Assembly: GCA_046563655.1 (NCBI GenBank)
Contig: CM102289.1
Coordinates: forward strand, 7,502,001-7,566,000
From: Yuukianura sp. NJ FZ-2021
Taxonomy: Eukaryota
Length of the DNA stretch: 64,000 nucleotides
Reading direction: 5' to 3'
The notes beneath the pieces were generated by a model. It was not told where the DNA came from. It was given only the letters and a program-made list of their open reading frames with translations, and did no database searches. Shown here piece after piece: positions 1-11,837 of this stretch (the first letter of the stretch is position 1; the number at the start of each line of letters is the position of its first letter). A program made the position numbers and the translations under genes.

Positions 1-1250
1 CTGTGGAGCGGATGCGCATGGTCATGTGCGGACTTGTACATGGAATTCGACGCGGAATTTTTACGTAAGTACGCAGGATGTCATGAAAGCACATCGAGAA
101 ACCCGAATCACAAAAATAAGGGAGCGGTTAAGCAGTGTTACAGCAGAAGAGCGAAAGCGGGTGCTAAATATTTTGTGTAAGGATCTAGTTGATCTTGGAA
201 TCAATTTAAGTGATATCTAATTATATAACACTTAAGTTCAGCATGCTCAAAATCTTTAACTCCGATTACAACAGTAGCCTCTAAAGAACTGTTGTATGTT
301 ACGTTTAGGTACGCTATGTTGTGCTGGATGTGAAGTGATTCAGGTTTTACGTAAAAAAGATCCAGAATATATGTTATATTCAGTACAGCTTAACTTCAAT
401 ATATTTATTCTAGTTTTGTCAAATCCGCTGTGATTTTGAAATTGTTCATCTATTCCCAAGTATCTAATCGTTTAATGTAAAACTCATTTTTGTAATTGGA
501 AATTTATTGTCAAAATAATTAAATTTCTAATTCTCAAAAATTCGTAGATCTCAAATTACACAACAAAAAATCCATCCATTACTTTTTTTTTGAACGTCGC
601 GTGCTAAAAGTGAAACTAAAAAACAGAAAAAATTTCTCGCCGTTTTACTAGTTTCAAGGCTAAAGCGTAGTCACGACATAGAACTATCATTTATTGCACA
701 AAAACTACATTTTAGCGTCGTTTTTGCAATCAACAAACCGTTCGAACTGTGTTTAGTTTTAGCATCTAGAATGAAATGTAAAAGTTCCAGTTGGACTTTT
801 AGATAATGAAGAATGTGTCACTTTCTGTTATCAGAATCTTATATCAAAGTGGATGATGATTTACGTTATGCAGCAAAAGTATAGTCACCACTACGTTTAT
901 AACCTATTTTGATGATTTATCACCATCATGAAATAGTATGCAACATTTAGGTAGGGCTGAATAGGCAGATCTGGCAGACACTGCCAAATAACTGTAATGT
1001 GAATTTGGAATTGGGAAGACATTTAACATACAAAAGGTGTAGAATCCACCTTTCATGCTGGTTTTTACAAAGCATTGTGTCCTATTTTCCCCCTTTACTT
1101 TACTAAACGTATACTAAACTCGTCAAAGTTGACTTCATTCCCATTGTAATAGTTTTCAAAATTCCAACACGATATGTGAGACTTCCCTAAAAGTTGATAG
1201 TTTAAATTTTTAAAGTTCTTGTAAGCAAGTGATTTTGAATTATTTTTGAA

Positions 1251-2958
1251 ATGAGAGCAGTCCATTCTGAAGTTGTTGTCAAAATATTAGAAACTTTTCA
1301 TCAACTTAAATCTGACGGTACTATTGCGGTTTCCGAAAAACCGAAAAATTGTCAACCGGAGTCAACTGATTCAGAAGATGAAGAGGACAGACTCATACTG
1401 CTATTTTTAGAAGAGGAATTGAGCATTCGGGGGATTTCAGAATTGAGTCAATTGCCAATTGGTGGTGAAAAATCAGTGGTTCAATTTGCGTACAATTTAC
1501 CAACAGACACTACGCTGTTTACAATTTTACAAAAATTAGAATTCACAGAATGTATCCCGTTTCCAACGTTGCCGGCACTGCATTGCAAGGTAATTCGAAA
1601 AAAAATGTACCGCTATTTCGGTCGAGGTAAGGTTTAAAGACCGTCATGGTAGCCTCACAGTGAACTCCGGTCATCTTGTATGGCAACGATAGGCGGCTAC
1701 ACATAGTGGCAACATTTGTAGCCACTTGAACTTAAAAAATTTAATCTAAAGTGGTAACATAAGTAGCCACGTTGTGTAGCCACCGATTGGAGACCCTGAG
1801 TGGCTAAGCTGTAAGGTTACAATGACGGTCGTTAAACCTTACTTCAACCGTCATTTCTAAAGGTTTTGTACCTATAGCGGGAATTTTCAAATTTTTTGTG
1901 TTTTTTCTTCTTAGATGACGCTGCGATCGCGTCGAAATTTTAGTTGCGCAAGTCTCTACCTCACCGGAACGGGCTACCATAGCCTTGCAGATCAATCTAC
2001 ATACCAAGATGGCGTTTTTGACCTCGGTGACCTCATTTATCCAACGCTTATCGGATTTGCCTTACCGCAACATCTCTCTTGTACCAGAATCGGCAAAATG
2101 TATGACAAATTCCGTGTTTTTCGGAGTCCCAGTCACTATGCCTCAGTGCGACATCAAGAACTAGGCATTCCTGTACTAAGCTCCAACGGGGTCAAAGGTC
2201 AAGCAGAACCAAAGCTTGGAAATAACATTGGACATAAAAAGGCTTATGGCGACATTGCGTTCACTTTTGTTCGAGAATACCGGCAGTTTTCAATTCACTT
2301 AGATCCTGTATCTTGCTCACTTCAACCCACTTTTGTACAAAAAGTCAAAGAATTGACTGCTAGTCGTGACGGGTCAAGTCGAGGTCAAAGTCAACCCACT
2401 GAAGAGTCCTGGAGAGAGTTTTTTGAAACCTATGGAACACACGTTATCACGTCAGCCAATGGTGGAGGAAGAATAATCGTCACAGTTCTGGAGAATCATC
2501 TAAAAAATTATTTCGGGGTCACTGACCTCAGTCGGCGTGACAAAGTACAGGAGATAGAACAAGTACTTTCTAATCTCCTGGATTCAGATGAAGTCAACCA
2601 AGATGCAATTCCAAGATGGCAGTCCACTGGAGCTGGACTGGAAGGACTTCTGATCAGTTCAATTCGACTAGAAGGTGGGGATCCAGCATTTGCTGGGCTT
2701 GATTTGACAGAGTGCCATAAACCGGGTGAAAGGAAAAGCCAAATTTCAAAATGGAGTCAAACGCTTCCATTTTCACCTATAATGCTAGATACTTCTATTT
2801 CCATTCAGCCTTTAGCCAATATTTTAGATGATCATGGCATGTCACAGGAAGCAAAAATGGTTGATTTGGCCACTCAGAAAATTTTTGGAAAATCATTTTG
2901 GAAACCAAGCTCAAGAAGCGAAGGACGCTCTTGGGCTTGGACTTTGGGTTCGACGTGA
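1251..2958 (+). CDS. MACPF-domain protein, 2 exons (1251-1589, 1915-2958), no obvious signal peptide
   Basis: FFETYGTHVITSANGGG matches the MACPF signature (Y/W-G-T-H-x7-GG), followed by LEGGDP and W-x3-L-x-x-P motifs. Donor AAG|gtaatt (1590) and acceptor ttag|ATG (1915) join in phase 0. Confidence 0.75.
1619..1850. mobile_element. Fold-back/MITE-like element in the MACPF intron
   Basis: 42-bp inverted arms at 1619-1660 and 1809-1850 (36/42 match). The interior has repeated GTAGCCAC motifs and ends in ggagaccctg, resembling a hAT terminus. Confidence 0.55.
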
Positions 2959-3360
2959 AGCTTACAATTTTGAAATTATTTTGAAATTTTGAAAAAGACT
3001 TGTGTTAACTCTAGTTACTTTCTTGATCCTAAGTATTAGCAAGTATAAACTTTTTGTTATTAAAATTCTTGACTTTGAAGCAGGAAAATAGGTCACCTGA
3101 ATTTCAAAGTGAAAAAGCCGGATGAAGCTCATTTAGCAAAATTTTTGCAAATTGCAGATTTCCTGTGAAACATTGAATCCTATAAAAAGTTTGGAGCGAC
3201 AATTTTTAGCAAAAAAAAATTCGCATAGGTTCTATACTGAAATGTTTGGATATAATTTTTAATATTTCTACAGTTATTTAATATTTATTTGTTTGTTTTA
3301 TACAAATTTGTTTTTTTGTAAATAATGTAAGAGCAGATTTTGGAGAAATTTGGACAGTTT

Positions 3361-3795
3361 TTAGCGCCGACCGTTGGAATAAGTATTGAACTCCGCTTGT
3401 GTCATGAATCCATCGCTTCCAGCATGATTAGAGTTGAACAATTTGATGGAAGAATCTCTAACGTAATCCGTATGTTCTTGTCTCGTAATTTTGCTGTCTC
3501 TGTTTTTGTCTGCAGCGGTCATAATTTCTTGAGCCTCTTCATCCGATTCCGAAATGGCTCTGATTTCCGCCAAATTCAAAAATCCATCTCTATTGGTATC
3601 AAATTTTCCAAACCAATTGAAGTTCTTGACCCGGTTGACCCGGAATGTAACAAATTCTGCTCGTGAAAGTTTTCCATCTCTGTTTGTATCCATGTCTGCA
3701 AATACTTCGTCTGGACCCCACTCTTCACCTTGTCCCAATACACTGGCAGCACATGCAACGACTACGAACAACCCAAAGATATTTTTGGAAACCAT
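3361..3795 (-). CDS. Secreted multi-EF-hand calcium-binding protein, intronless
   Basis: Signal peptide MVSKNIFGLFVVVACAASVLG. EF loops DTNRDGKLSRAE, DTNRDGFLNLAE, DKNRDSKITRQE and a degenerate fourth. Confidence 0.85.
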   Translation of the reverse strand: MVSKNIFGLFVVVACAASVLGQGEEWGPDEVFADMDTNRDGKLSRAEFVTFRVNRVKNFNWFGKFDTNRDGFLNLAEIRAISESDEEAQEIMTAADKNRDSKITRQEHTDYVRDSSIKLFNSNHAGSDGFMTQAEFNTYSNGRR

Positions 3796-5389
3796 TTTGA
3801 AAACTAAAAAGCAACTGAACCAAAATGTTCAAAAACGAGAAGATTTTTATAGAACGAAGATTGTTAGTCACTTTAAGTCAATTTCTAAAAGTGGAATGAG
3901 GTTTTTAAGTGGTGCGTCCCCTCCTTGGTACATTCTGTGGTGAACCAGTTGGCCTTTGACTCTGTCCTAATTACAAATAAGAAGATCTTATGGAAATAGG
4001 AACAGAAAGCTGGCGTCATCCCATTCAATTGGACTGTGACCTGACAGAATGACGCTGAACTTGGTCACCAAGTAGGTCACACTATAACCACATAAGTAAT
4101 TAAATTTTCAAATTCTAAATGCAACTATTACTTCAACTTCAACATCCATTAGATCATTTTGAAGTAGTAGTTTGCTTCAACGATGATAACATTATGGACA
4201 TCCAAGGGTCATGCCATGACGATCATCAAGTGCGTTTTAATAAAGCAGTAAACAGATTCAGTTCAAGTATTGTTCAGCTTAGCAGTATTTTCCCAAACAT
4301 TGACGTGTTATTTCACCCCGTAATCTGATTTTTATCGTTCATTGCGGGAATGCAAAAATACAATTTGCGCACAATTTCTGAAAAACAATTTAAAAAATGT
4401 TAAAAAAAACAACAACAACATTTCATCAACAAAAAATATTAAAAGCAATAAATTATTCAACTGACTAAATCAGAAACAGAGCGTAATCAAAACGAAATGA
4501 TTAACACAAATGGCAAAACACAACACTCTTTTGAGTAACTGTCAAAAGTTAATTTCTAGATTAGACTAAAAACTTTAATTAAACATAATTTTTAACTAAA
4601 AAAAGTATTAACGAACTTTAATAAAAAATCGTGCTCTCAGTGGCTTCAAAAACCTACAACAAAAACTCATGAAAAATTGAATGGTTGAGAACATGTAATC
4701 ATCTTTTGATTTACCTCACGCATGACCGTTGATTGACCTTCAAAGCTTCAAAAGTACGAGTGTGGAAATTTGCTTTGTTTTATAAAAAAGACAACATAAA
4801 AGTCAATTTTGAAATGTAATTTCACTTTCCTTTCACCGCTTTTGCTCCGTTCGCAAACATTATTGCTCCTTCCAAGTGAATTCACCTAAATACAAATTAT
4901 TTTGGCCACACTTTAGGCTAAACCTGTCACAAAACTTGTCCACCTTGTAAGAATTCATTGTGCAATAAACCCAGCATAAGTGCTGTCTCGTGTAGGAGCT
5001 GCATAGACACTAAAACCAGCCCGGTCAGTTGCTGATCAACATCGCGGTTTACGAGGTAATACGTAAACTAAATATAAAAATGCAAACATTTTTTTAAAAT
5101 GCATCTTTGAAATCTATGTAGCACAACATTTTGAACTTTGGAGTGAGTAGCTCCTTTTTTTTTCGAAGTGTAATAATTGCCAATTGTGGTTTCAATTTTA
5201 TGTGGAGTCCTATAGTCGCTTTTGGCAAAATTTATGCCATTGAAAACCTTGAGCTGACTTTAGAAGAAGTAGAATCTACCGATCGATCATGTAAGTGCAG
5301 CAAGAGAATCGATAATCTAGAGAATTTTTAATAAGTTTTCTAACTTTCGAAACTGATTTTGAAATTCCGTTTTTTCTTCACCAGCAGCA

Positions 5390-6073
5390 ATGGATCGCGG
5401 ACTGTCAGCATTCGTTTTTGGTGGAACTGGAAGTATTGGTGGAGGAATTGTAAAGGCGTTGGCGAAAGAACCGAAGTTTTCCAGGGTCATGCTTTTTGGG
5501 CGAAGGAAAATCCAATTCCCAGAGGCCTCTACCGTACCGTCAGAAGACTATTCAAAATTTGAACAAGAAACGATTGATTTTGAAAATCTTAACGAACTCA
5601 GTCCGAGTCAATTTGAGGGCTACGACGTTGGGTTTTATGCTCTGGGCGTCAGTAGTGCCAAGGTTGATGAAGCCACTTACCGAAAAGTGGAACATGACTA
5701 CACAGTGACAATTGCTGGACTTGTCAAGGACGCTGGATGTCCCCATTTCAACTGGGTCAGTGGTCGTGGTGCAGATAAGGACTCTTGGTTTCTATTTGGA
5801 AAGGTCAAGCAACAAGTTGAAGAAGAATTGAAACAAATTGGATTTCCAAGACTATCAATTTTTCAACCCGCGGCAGTTCTGAATGCTGACTGTCGAATTG
5901 GACTCTGCCTGTCAAAAACCTTGGACAAAGGTCACAAAATATCTATTGATAATGAGAGTTTGGGAAAGGTCATCGTGGGCAATGCACTGCAGAGGTCAGA
6001 GGGATCAGAAATCCTGACAATGGCTGACATTGCACGACTTGAAAAAGATTTTGAGCAAAATTTAAAAAATTAA
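5390..6073 (+). CDS. HTATIP2: HTATIP2/TIP30/CC3-like NAD(P)-binding oxidoreductase (atypical SDR)
   Basis: AFVFGGTGSIG Rossmann motif, DVGFYALG, YRKVEHDY, GADKDSWFLFGKVK, IGFPRLSIFQP. Confidence 0.8.
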   Translation: MDRGLSAFVFGGTGSIGGGIVKALAKEPKFSRVMLFGRRKIQFPEASTVPSEDYSKFEQETIDFENLNELSPSQFEGYDVGFYALGVSSAKVDEATYRKVEHDYTVTIAGLVKDAGCPHFNWVSGRGADKDSWFLFGKVKQQVEEELKQIGFPRLSIFQPAAVLNADCRIGLCLSKTLDKGHKISIDNESLGKVIVGNALQRSEGSEILTMADIARLEKDFEQNLKN

Positions 6074-6466
6074 ATTTAAAAAATATGTAATAAAAAAAGT
6101 AACGCACGGTACGTATTTTAAAATTTCATTACATTAAATGTTACTTTAATGTGACCAATTTTGGGATTAAATTTCACCGACTGAGATAGAATTGAGATAA
6201 TTATTCCACGGGTTATTTTAAAATAAAAGCGTCAACGTAACTTTTTAAAAATCTGAAATTTTAAAACAAAATCCGGCCAAAAAAAAAGAAGAAAGAAATC
6301 TGGTCAATTTACAAAACATTTCCTAGCATTTTCGCATATCTGAATGCTCGGGTGCTTTGGCTGAAGAAGGAACGCGAAAAGCCTTTAGTCAAACCTTGTT
6401 TACTTTGCATTTTGTTTTTGGCTAATTTTTTTGTTTACGTTATGTAGGCAGGCGTGACATTAAACA

Positions 6467-6756
6467 CAGGGTTTGGCTAATGGTCGGATCAGGGAATCCA
6501 CGGATTCCTCGGATCTTGTATGAGGGGTACATACCGTCAAATTCCTCGAATTTGAATCTTCCTCGGATTCTCGGATTTTCAAAAATCGTATCTGAACAGT
6601 CGTTCAACCTTCACTTTGAGGCTATAATTTCAATTATTTAGATTTGGTCAAGTTTCGATTAAACCTAGAGTCCGAAAAATTGAGAAATGACAGTATGCAT
6701 GCACCCCTCATACAAATCCGAGTCACCCGAGATCCGATCTTTAGCCGCGCACGCTG
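6467..6756. mobile_element. Degenerate hAT-like MITE
   Basis: Imperfect terminal inverted repeats: left CAGGGTTTGGCTAATGGTCGGATC...TTGTATGAGGGGTACAT, right (reverse complement) CAGCGTGCGCGGCTAAAGATCGGATC...TTGTATGAGGGGTGCAT. Internal CTCGGAT repeats. No TSD seen. Confidence 0.45.
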
Positions 6757-7184
6757 AAGCATGCAGCAACTTGTAGTACGTACTAGTAGTAGTATGTGAG
6801 TTGCATTCTTGCATTTGCATTCCGCACTTTCCTGGATCCTCGATACACTTCTTCTTGTTCTTCATCGATGTTGGTAAGAAAGATTAACTAGTCTAACATA
6901 ACATAACGGGAAGGTGAAGAATAATTAATGTCAGCGCTATAAAAATACTTCCGTTTACGTATTGACTTTGTTTATTATTTGTAGGGTACGGATTCGTCTG
7001 ACCTTCTTCACATTAACTAATTCAAATTCGCAGCAAAACTTTAAGGTTCGTAAACAAACTGAATTCGAATTCTCAAGTTAAGACTAACTATTACGCTCCA
7101 CATTAACATGGATTTTTTGTTTCGTAGATTCAGTCTTCCTTTATTTGGTCCTGAAGCAACACCTGGAGACCAAGTACTGAAAAG

Positions 7185-7886
7185 ATGGATTCTAGTAAAT
7201 CATCAAGGTCACGGATGATGTCAGCTGTATGCCGAGGAAAGTGCTTACGTCAAGGCTTATTGCCCATCGCGGATCATACCAGAAGTAAATTTAGAAATCT
7301 GAGGACGATTTCAACGTCAACAGGGCTTCGAAAGACCTGCGATTGTGAAGGATGCGATCCACTCCGACAAGCAAGCACTGGCAAGAAACGGAAGCTATCC
7401 GTTGAAAGCCTGGACACCGCGGACTCTGAGTCGTCTGAACCCAGTCTCGTGGAGGAAGAAACGAATAGCGATGATGATGAACCTAGATCTACATCATCAA
7501 TGTCAGCTTCCTCAGAAGGGGTCAGTAGCGTGGACACTGTCCAGGAATTCGGAACCGATGAGAATTCAATCAAAATGGAAACGGACTACCCTGAAGAAGA
7601 CGTAGATCCTGGAGACGGCACTTTTAAAGTATGTAAGGTATGCAAAATACCGCTTCCGTACTTTAACCAGAAGTACAAAACGAAGTTTAAAATCCACATG
7701 GAAGTACACTATCAAAAACGTCCATACCCGTGCCAAAAATGCGGAGAGTTTTTTAAAACTGCCAACCGTCTCATCACTCATGATGGTAAACTGCATAGTA
7801 ATGAAAACCACTATCAGTGTCAGATTTGCGACGAAAAATACAGAACCAACAGTAAACTGATCGAGCACAAACGAAAATGCCATTAA
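7185..7886 (+). CDS. C2H2 zinc-finger protein with acidic region (upstream exons possible)
   Basis: YPCQKCGEFFKTANRLITHDGKLH and YQCQICDEKYRTNSKLIEHKRKCH, an atypical first finger, and a KKRK NLS-like motif. Confidence 0.75.
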   Translation: MDSSKSSRSRMMSAVCRGKCLRQGLLPIADHTRSKFRNLRTISTSTGLRKTCDCEGCDPLRQASTGKKRKLSVESLDTADSESSEPSLVEEETNSDDDEPRSTSSMSASSEGVSSVDTVQEFGTDENSIKMETDYPEEDVDPGDGTFKVCKVCKIPLPYFNQKYKTKFKIHMEVHYQKRPYPCQKCGEFFKTANRLITHDGKLHSNENHYQCQICDEKYRTNSKLIEHKRKCH

Positions 7887-8193
7887 TACTGAAAAAGAAG
7901 AGACTCATTCCAGCCAAGTTATCTTTGACTATGAACTTACCTTTAGGTTACAGTTACTCATTAGACTTTAGGATTGTTAGTTTAAGTTCAATACGTTGAC
8001 AACGTCCTCAAAATGTAACAAGAGAACTACTGTAAGTTGACTTTTTCAATTTTGTCTTTTGAAAAATTAGTTAAGATTTTGTTTGTTTAGTCAATAATTC
8101 AATTCATGCACGCTAATTGGATTTAATAAACTCTAATTTGTTGTTGAGCATTTGTGTTTTAGTTTCCCAATGTTATTCATTTGATAGACGTAT

Positions 8194-9743
8194 TTAAGCC
8201 TTTTGGAGGCCTTGGTGGGAGTTGAAGACGTTGATTCGGCCATGTCCGAAAGCATTGTTGGGGAAAACAGTTTCATCGATTCCACCGCAGTTTCGTCCGC
8301 TTGAGACGAGATCTCCGTTGTCAACACCCTTGATCAGTGCTTCCTTGATTCGATCGTAATTCAAGCTTCCGTCACTAGCCAACAACAAGGCAGCAGCTCC
8401 GGCGACGTGTGGGCAAGACATGGACGTTCCTAAAACAAGTCGTAAGATATTAAAACATTTCTCATTCTAAGTAATTCAATGGGATCTAGAAACTATTCTG
8501 TATTGATTCGTAGGTGTACCTGAGATGGTATTGTAGCCACCGTCATTCCATGCAGAGTAAACATCTTCTCCTGGAGCAGAAACGTCTGGTTTGATGAGAC
8601 CGTTGACTGATGGGCCCTTGGAACTGAACGTGCTAATTTGTTCATCGATGTTGGTACTTCCGACTCCAATGACGTCTGGACTGTCTCCTGGAGAGTTGGC
8701 AGTTCCGCAGAATGGTCCAGCATTTCCGGCAGAGAAGACTGGGATAATGCCAGAGACGTGCCAAGTGTTGATGACGTCAGCGTAGAAGGTGTCTCCTTGG
8801 CCACCTCCCCATGAGTTGGAAACGATGTGTGGAGCTTTGCTACAGTCTGGGCTGTTTCCGTTGGGCAAATGTGGGCATTCGATGAATTCACCACAAGCGA
8901 TGAGAGAGGCCGTGGAACATCCAAACCGAGCACATCCCAAGCAGGCAATCCATTCGGCTCCTGGAGCGACACCGATTCCGTTAGCACCAGCGATGGTTCC
9001 CATGGTGTGCTATATGAAAAGAGTTTCCATGATTTCAATTGTTCGTAAGAAATGATTAACCCAATTTATATAAAATATGATTTTGGGCTTACGGTTCCAT
9101 GTCCGTTGACATCTTCTGGCTCTGGTAGTTTATTGTATGGATCATACCAGTTGTAGGTGCTGCGGAAGTTGCCGGCAAGATCTCGATGGGTGTGTAGAAC
9201 TCCAGTGTCAATGTTGGACACGACTACGCCAGCTCCATCATTTCCTTGTTCCCAAACCCGATGAGCCTCAATTCGTTCAATTCCCCATTGGTTAGCCAGT
9301 GGCTTAGCAACGGCGTTGTTGCCCTTGGTGACGGTTGGGAGTGGAAGGATGACTTCTTCAGTGATTTCTTGGACTTCTGGGAAGGCTTTCAAGGCTTCGA
9401 CGAGGTCAGCGTTGGCATTCTTAATGAAAATCTTGTTGGTGATCCAGAAGGCTCGGACGTCTGGTTGATCAATGCTCTTCAAGTAGGCCATGACGTGTTG
9501 TTGAGTCTTGCGGGTATGTTGTTGAAGGGCATGGACAACTCCATTGATACGGTCTTCTCGGTTGGCAAAGGTAGTCTTGGATACTTCGTCAAGGGTCTTG
9601 GTAGTTCCTTCTTTGAACTCAACGAAGATGTTGGCAGTGCCCTTAGTTCTCAGCGTTCGGCGGAGAGCTGGATCGACGTGGGCAGATGGAGCTGCGAAAG
9701 CTCCTGCGACGAGAGCCGCGACCAGGAGAATACAAACCTTCAT
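8194..9743 (-). CDS. Secreted S8 subtilase, bacillopeptidase F-like; exons 9743-9093, 9009-8520, 8429-8194
   Basis: Signal peptide and prodomain. Catalytic triad IDTG, NGHGT|HTMGT and SG|TSMSCPHVAG is restored across two GT-AG introns. Also SNSWGG, SAGNAG, IKPDVSAPG. Confidence 0.92.
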
Positions 9744-11837
9744 GATTACCAAAAATTTTCAAAAAAAACTTCGGCTGTACTCTGTCCAATTTTCGGACAG
9801 CATTTTATACCCTTCAGATTATGCTGGAGTCCGATTCGAATGACGCAGAAGTCATTTGACTTGGTATTGCCACAGATTGACAATCTAAATCCATATCAGA
9901 TTTAAACGTGTAATTGATTAGTTTGGTTTAGCTGGATTTGGAAAGATGATTTGGAAAATCCAATTTGCAAATTTTTAAGTGTTTTTCTCATTTTCCATGA
10001 ATTTTGGCAATTAAATTGCTGATTAAGCAATATTTTCGTTAAAAAATTGCTAATTGCGCAAATATTGCAGCAGAAATGGTTGATTAAAAATGGAATTTTG
10101 AGTGTCCATGATTATTGAGTGACAAGACAATGAACAGTGACAACATACGACGAAATTCCTAATTCAAGTGCTCACTGTAAATGCTATACATAGTTTTGAA
10201 TTACGAAAAACATGTTTTTGGAAATGTTGGAATTTTTATGAAAAACATTGGGTTTGTGGTCCTTGACGAATGCTTACGTCCGGGCATTGTTTCCTGGTCG
10301 TATGATATGAGCTCGATCCCACTGCGGTTTTTTTTTGCGACATTGCGACATTGGCAAACTATTTTAAATGGTCAAAATAGTTTGACCAAAAAGTGAAAAG
10401 GTCATCAAATGAAAATATCAACTATTTACAAACAGTATTTAGGTTTGGTGAGTATAGGTTTTCTATGATTGATCTTCTCACCTTCTGACTAAATTGTTTT
10501 TTTGGCTATATTACATTGAATGCATTAGCGATAGCTTTGGATTTTCTTAGATTTCAACTTTTGCCAACAATGTTCTGCGTTAAAACACCACTTTATGTCA
10601 AAGGTTCCAGGGAATTGTCACGTAAAGTTCGCATGCTCGGCGCATGTTGATAAAAAATAACATTAACGAAATCACTTTAACGGTGGTAAATGTTATGCGT
10701 CTGTTTTTTGCTATCAAGGCAGGCGTTCAAAGGTGAATTTCAAAATTCTAAAGTTAATTTTTTTTCTGCGTAGTTGAATCTGAGGTTTCTATATGTAAGT
10801 TTAAAAATTTTCAAAAACTTTAGTCAATCTTTAAAAAAAAGAAGGGAAAGTCTGGTGAAAGGTTTAGTAGGAAATGGAATATTTCAGGAAAATCAAAACT
10901 TTGGAAAACTTTTTTTTTATTCTCAAGGATGAGATAGTTTTGAGTGATTTTTTGTTTTGCGTAGACGAAAACTTCGCTGAAACGCTTCGCCTTGTGCAAT
11001 CGCAATCAAGTAGCATTCTTTATTTCTTTGCTGATTCCAAAGAATACTACTTACTACATGGACGAGAAATTCTAAGAATTCAATTAACGACATTCAAAAA
11101 TTCTAACATCAAAATTATCCAAAAATTGTGACTATGAACGAAACTTTCCAAAAATGCATACTATGAAATTTTCTAGAAATTCTAACGAAACATTCCGAGA
11201 ATTCTACCAATAGTAATAATTACTATTATTGTTGAAGTTAATTAATACTTCGGAATTTTGACTTTTATGATTGTTTGCAATGGGTGGCGCCTGGTGACAT
11301 GTTTAGCAATTAGTTTGGTGTAGAAATAAGCAGTGATTGCGATACCGGTCCCCGTGATTCCATTTTGTACTTCCAGGAAATTGATTACTCCTGTTAAGAA
11401 TTTTTTGGAAACATTTTAAATTAACTTTTCTGATGGAATTTTTGAGATTACAGGCTCCGTAAAATTAAATCCATTTGATCTCCACTTATGGGTGACATGC
11501 CGCTTCAAACGCATTGTTTTTCATATACTTGACGTTTTTTCAAAAGCGGACTTGCGTTAATCTTCACGGGGACCTATTTTAAAATGATTAGATACACGCT
11601 TCTAGATGTTGTTTTTCTAAAAAGCTTTTCAAGCTCTTGTTGCCTTGTTATGCCCAAAAAATTATCTACCGGCGGATCCTGATTAGTGTCAAGGCCGGAA
11701 TTAGTTCCAACACTTACTATTTTTCACCAAAAGTTTCAAGTGTTGCTCAACTAATTAGGCCAAACCAAGTCCAAACTTCGCTGAGCTTCAGTCAAGTTAG
11801 TTGTAGTCTTGCTTTTTGATTTTTCCAAAATTTCAAA

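Noticed and set aside
26..220. 64-aa ORF at the window start
   Set aside because: May be the tail of an upstream gene or element; no motif and no context to support a call.
6665..6865. Cys/His-containing minus-strand ORF
   Set aside because: Overlaps the right arm of a MITE-like element and has no valid zinc-finger spacing.
9246..9905. 219-aa plus-strand ORF
   Set aside because: Antisense shadow of the codon-biased subtilase exon.
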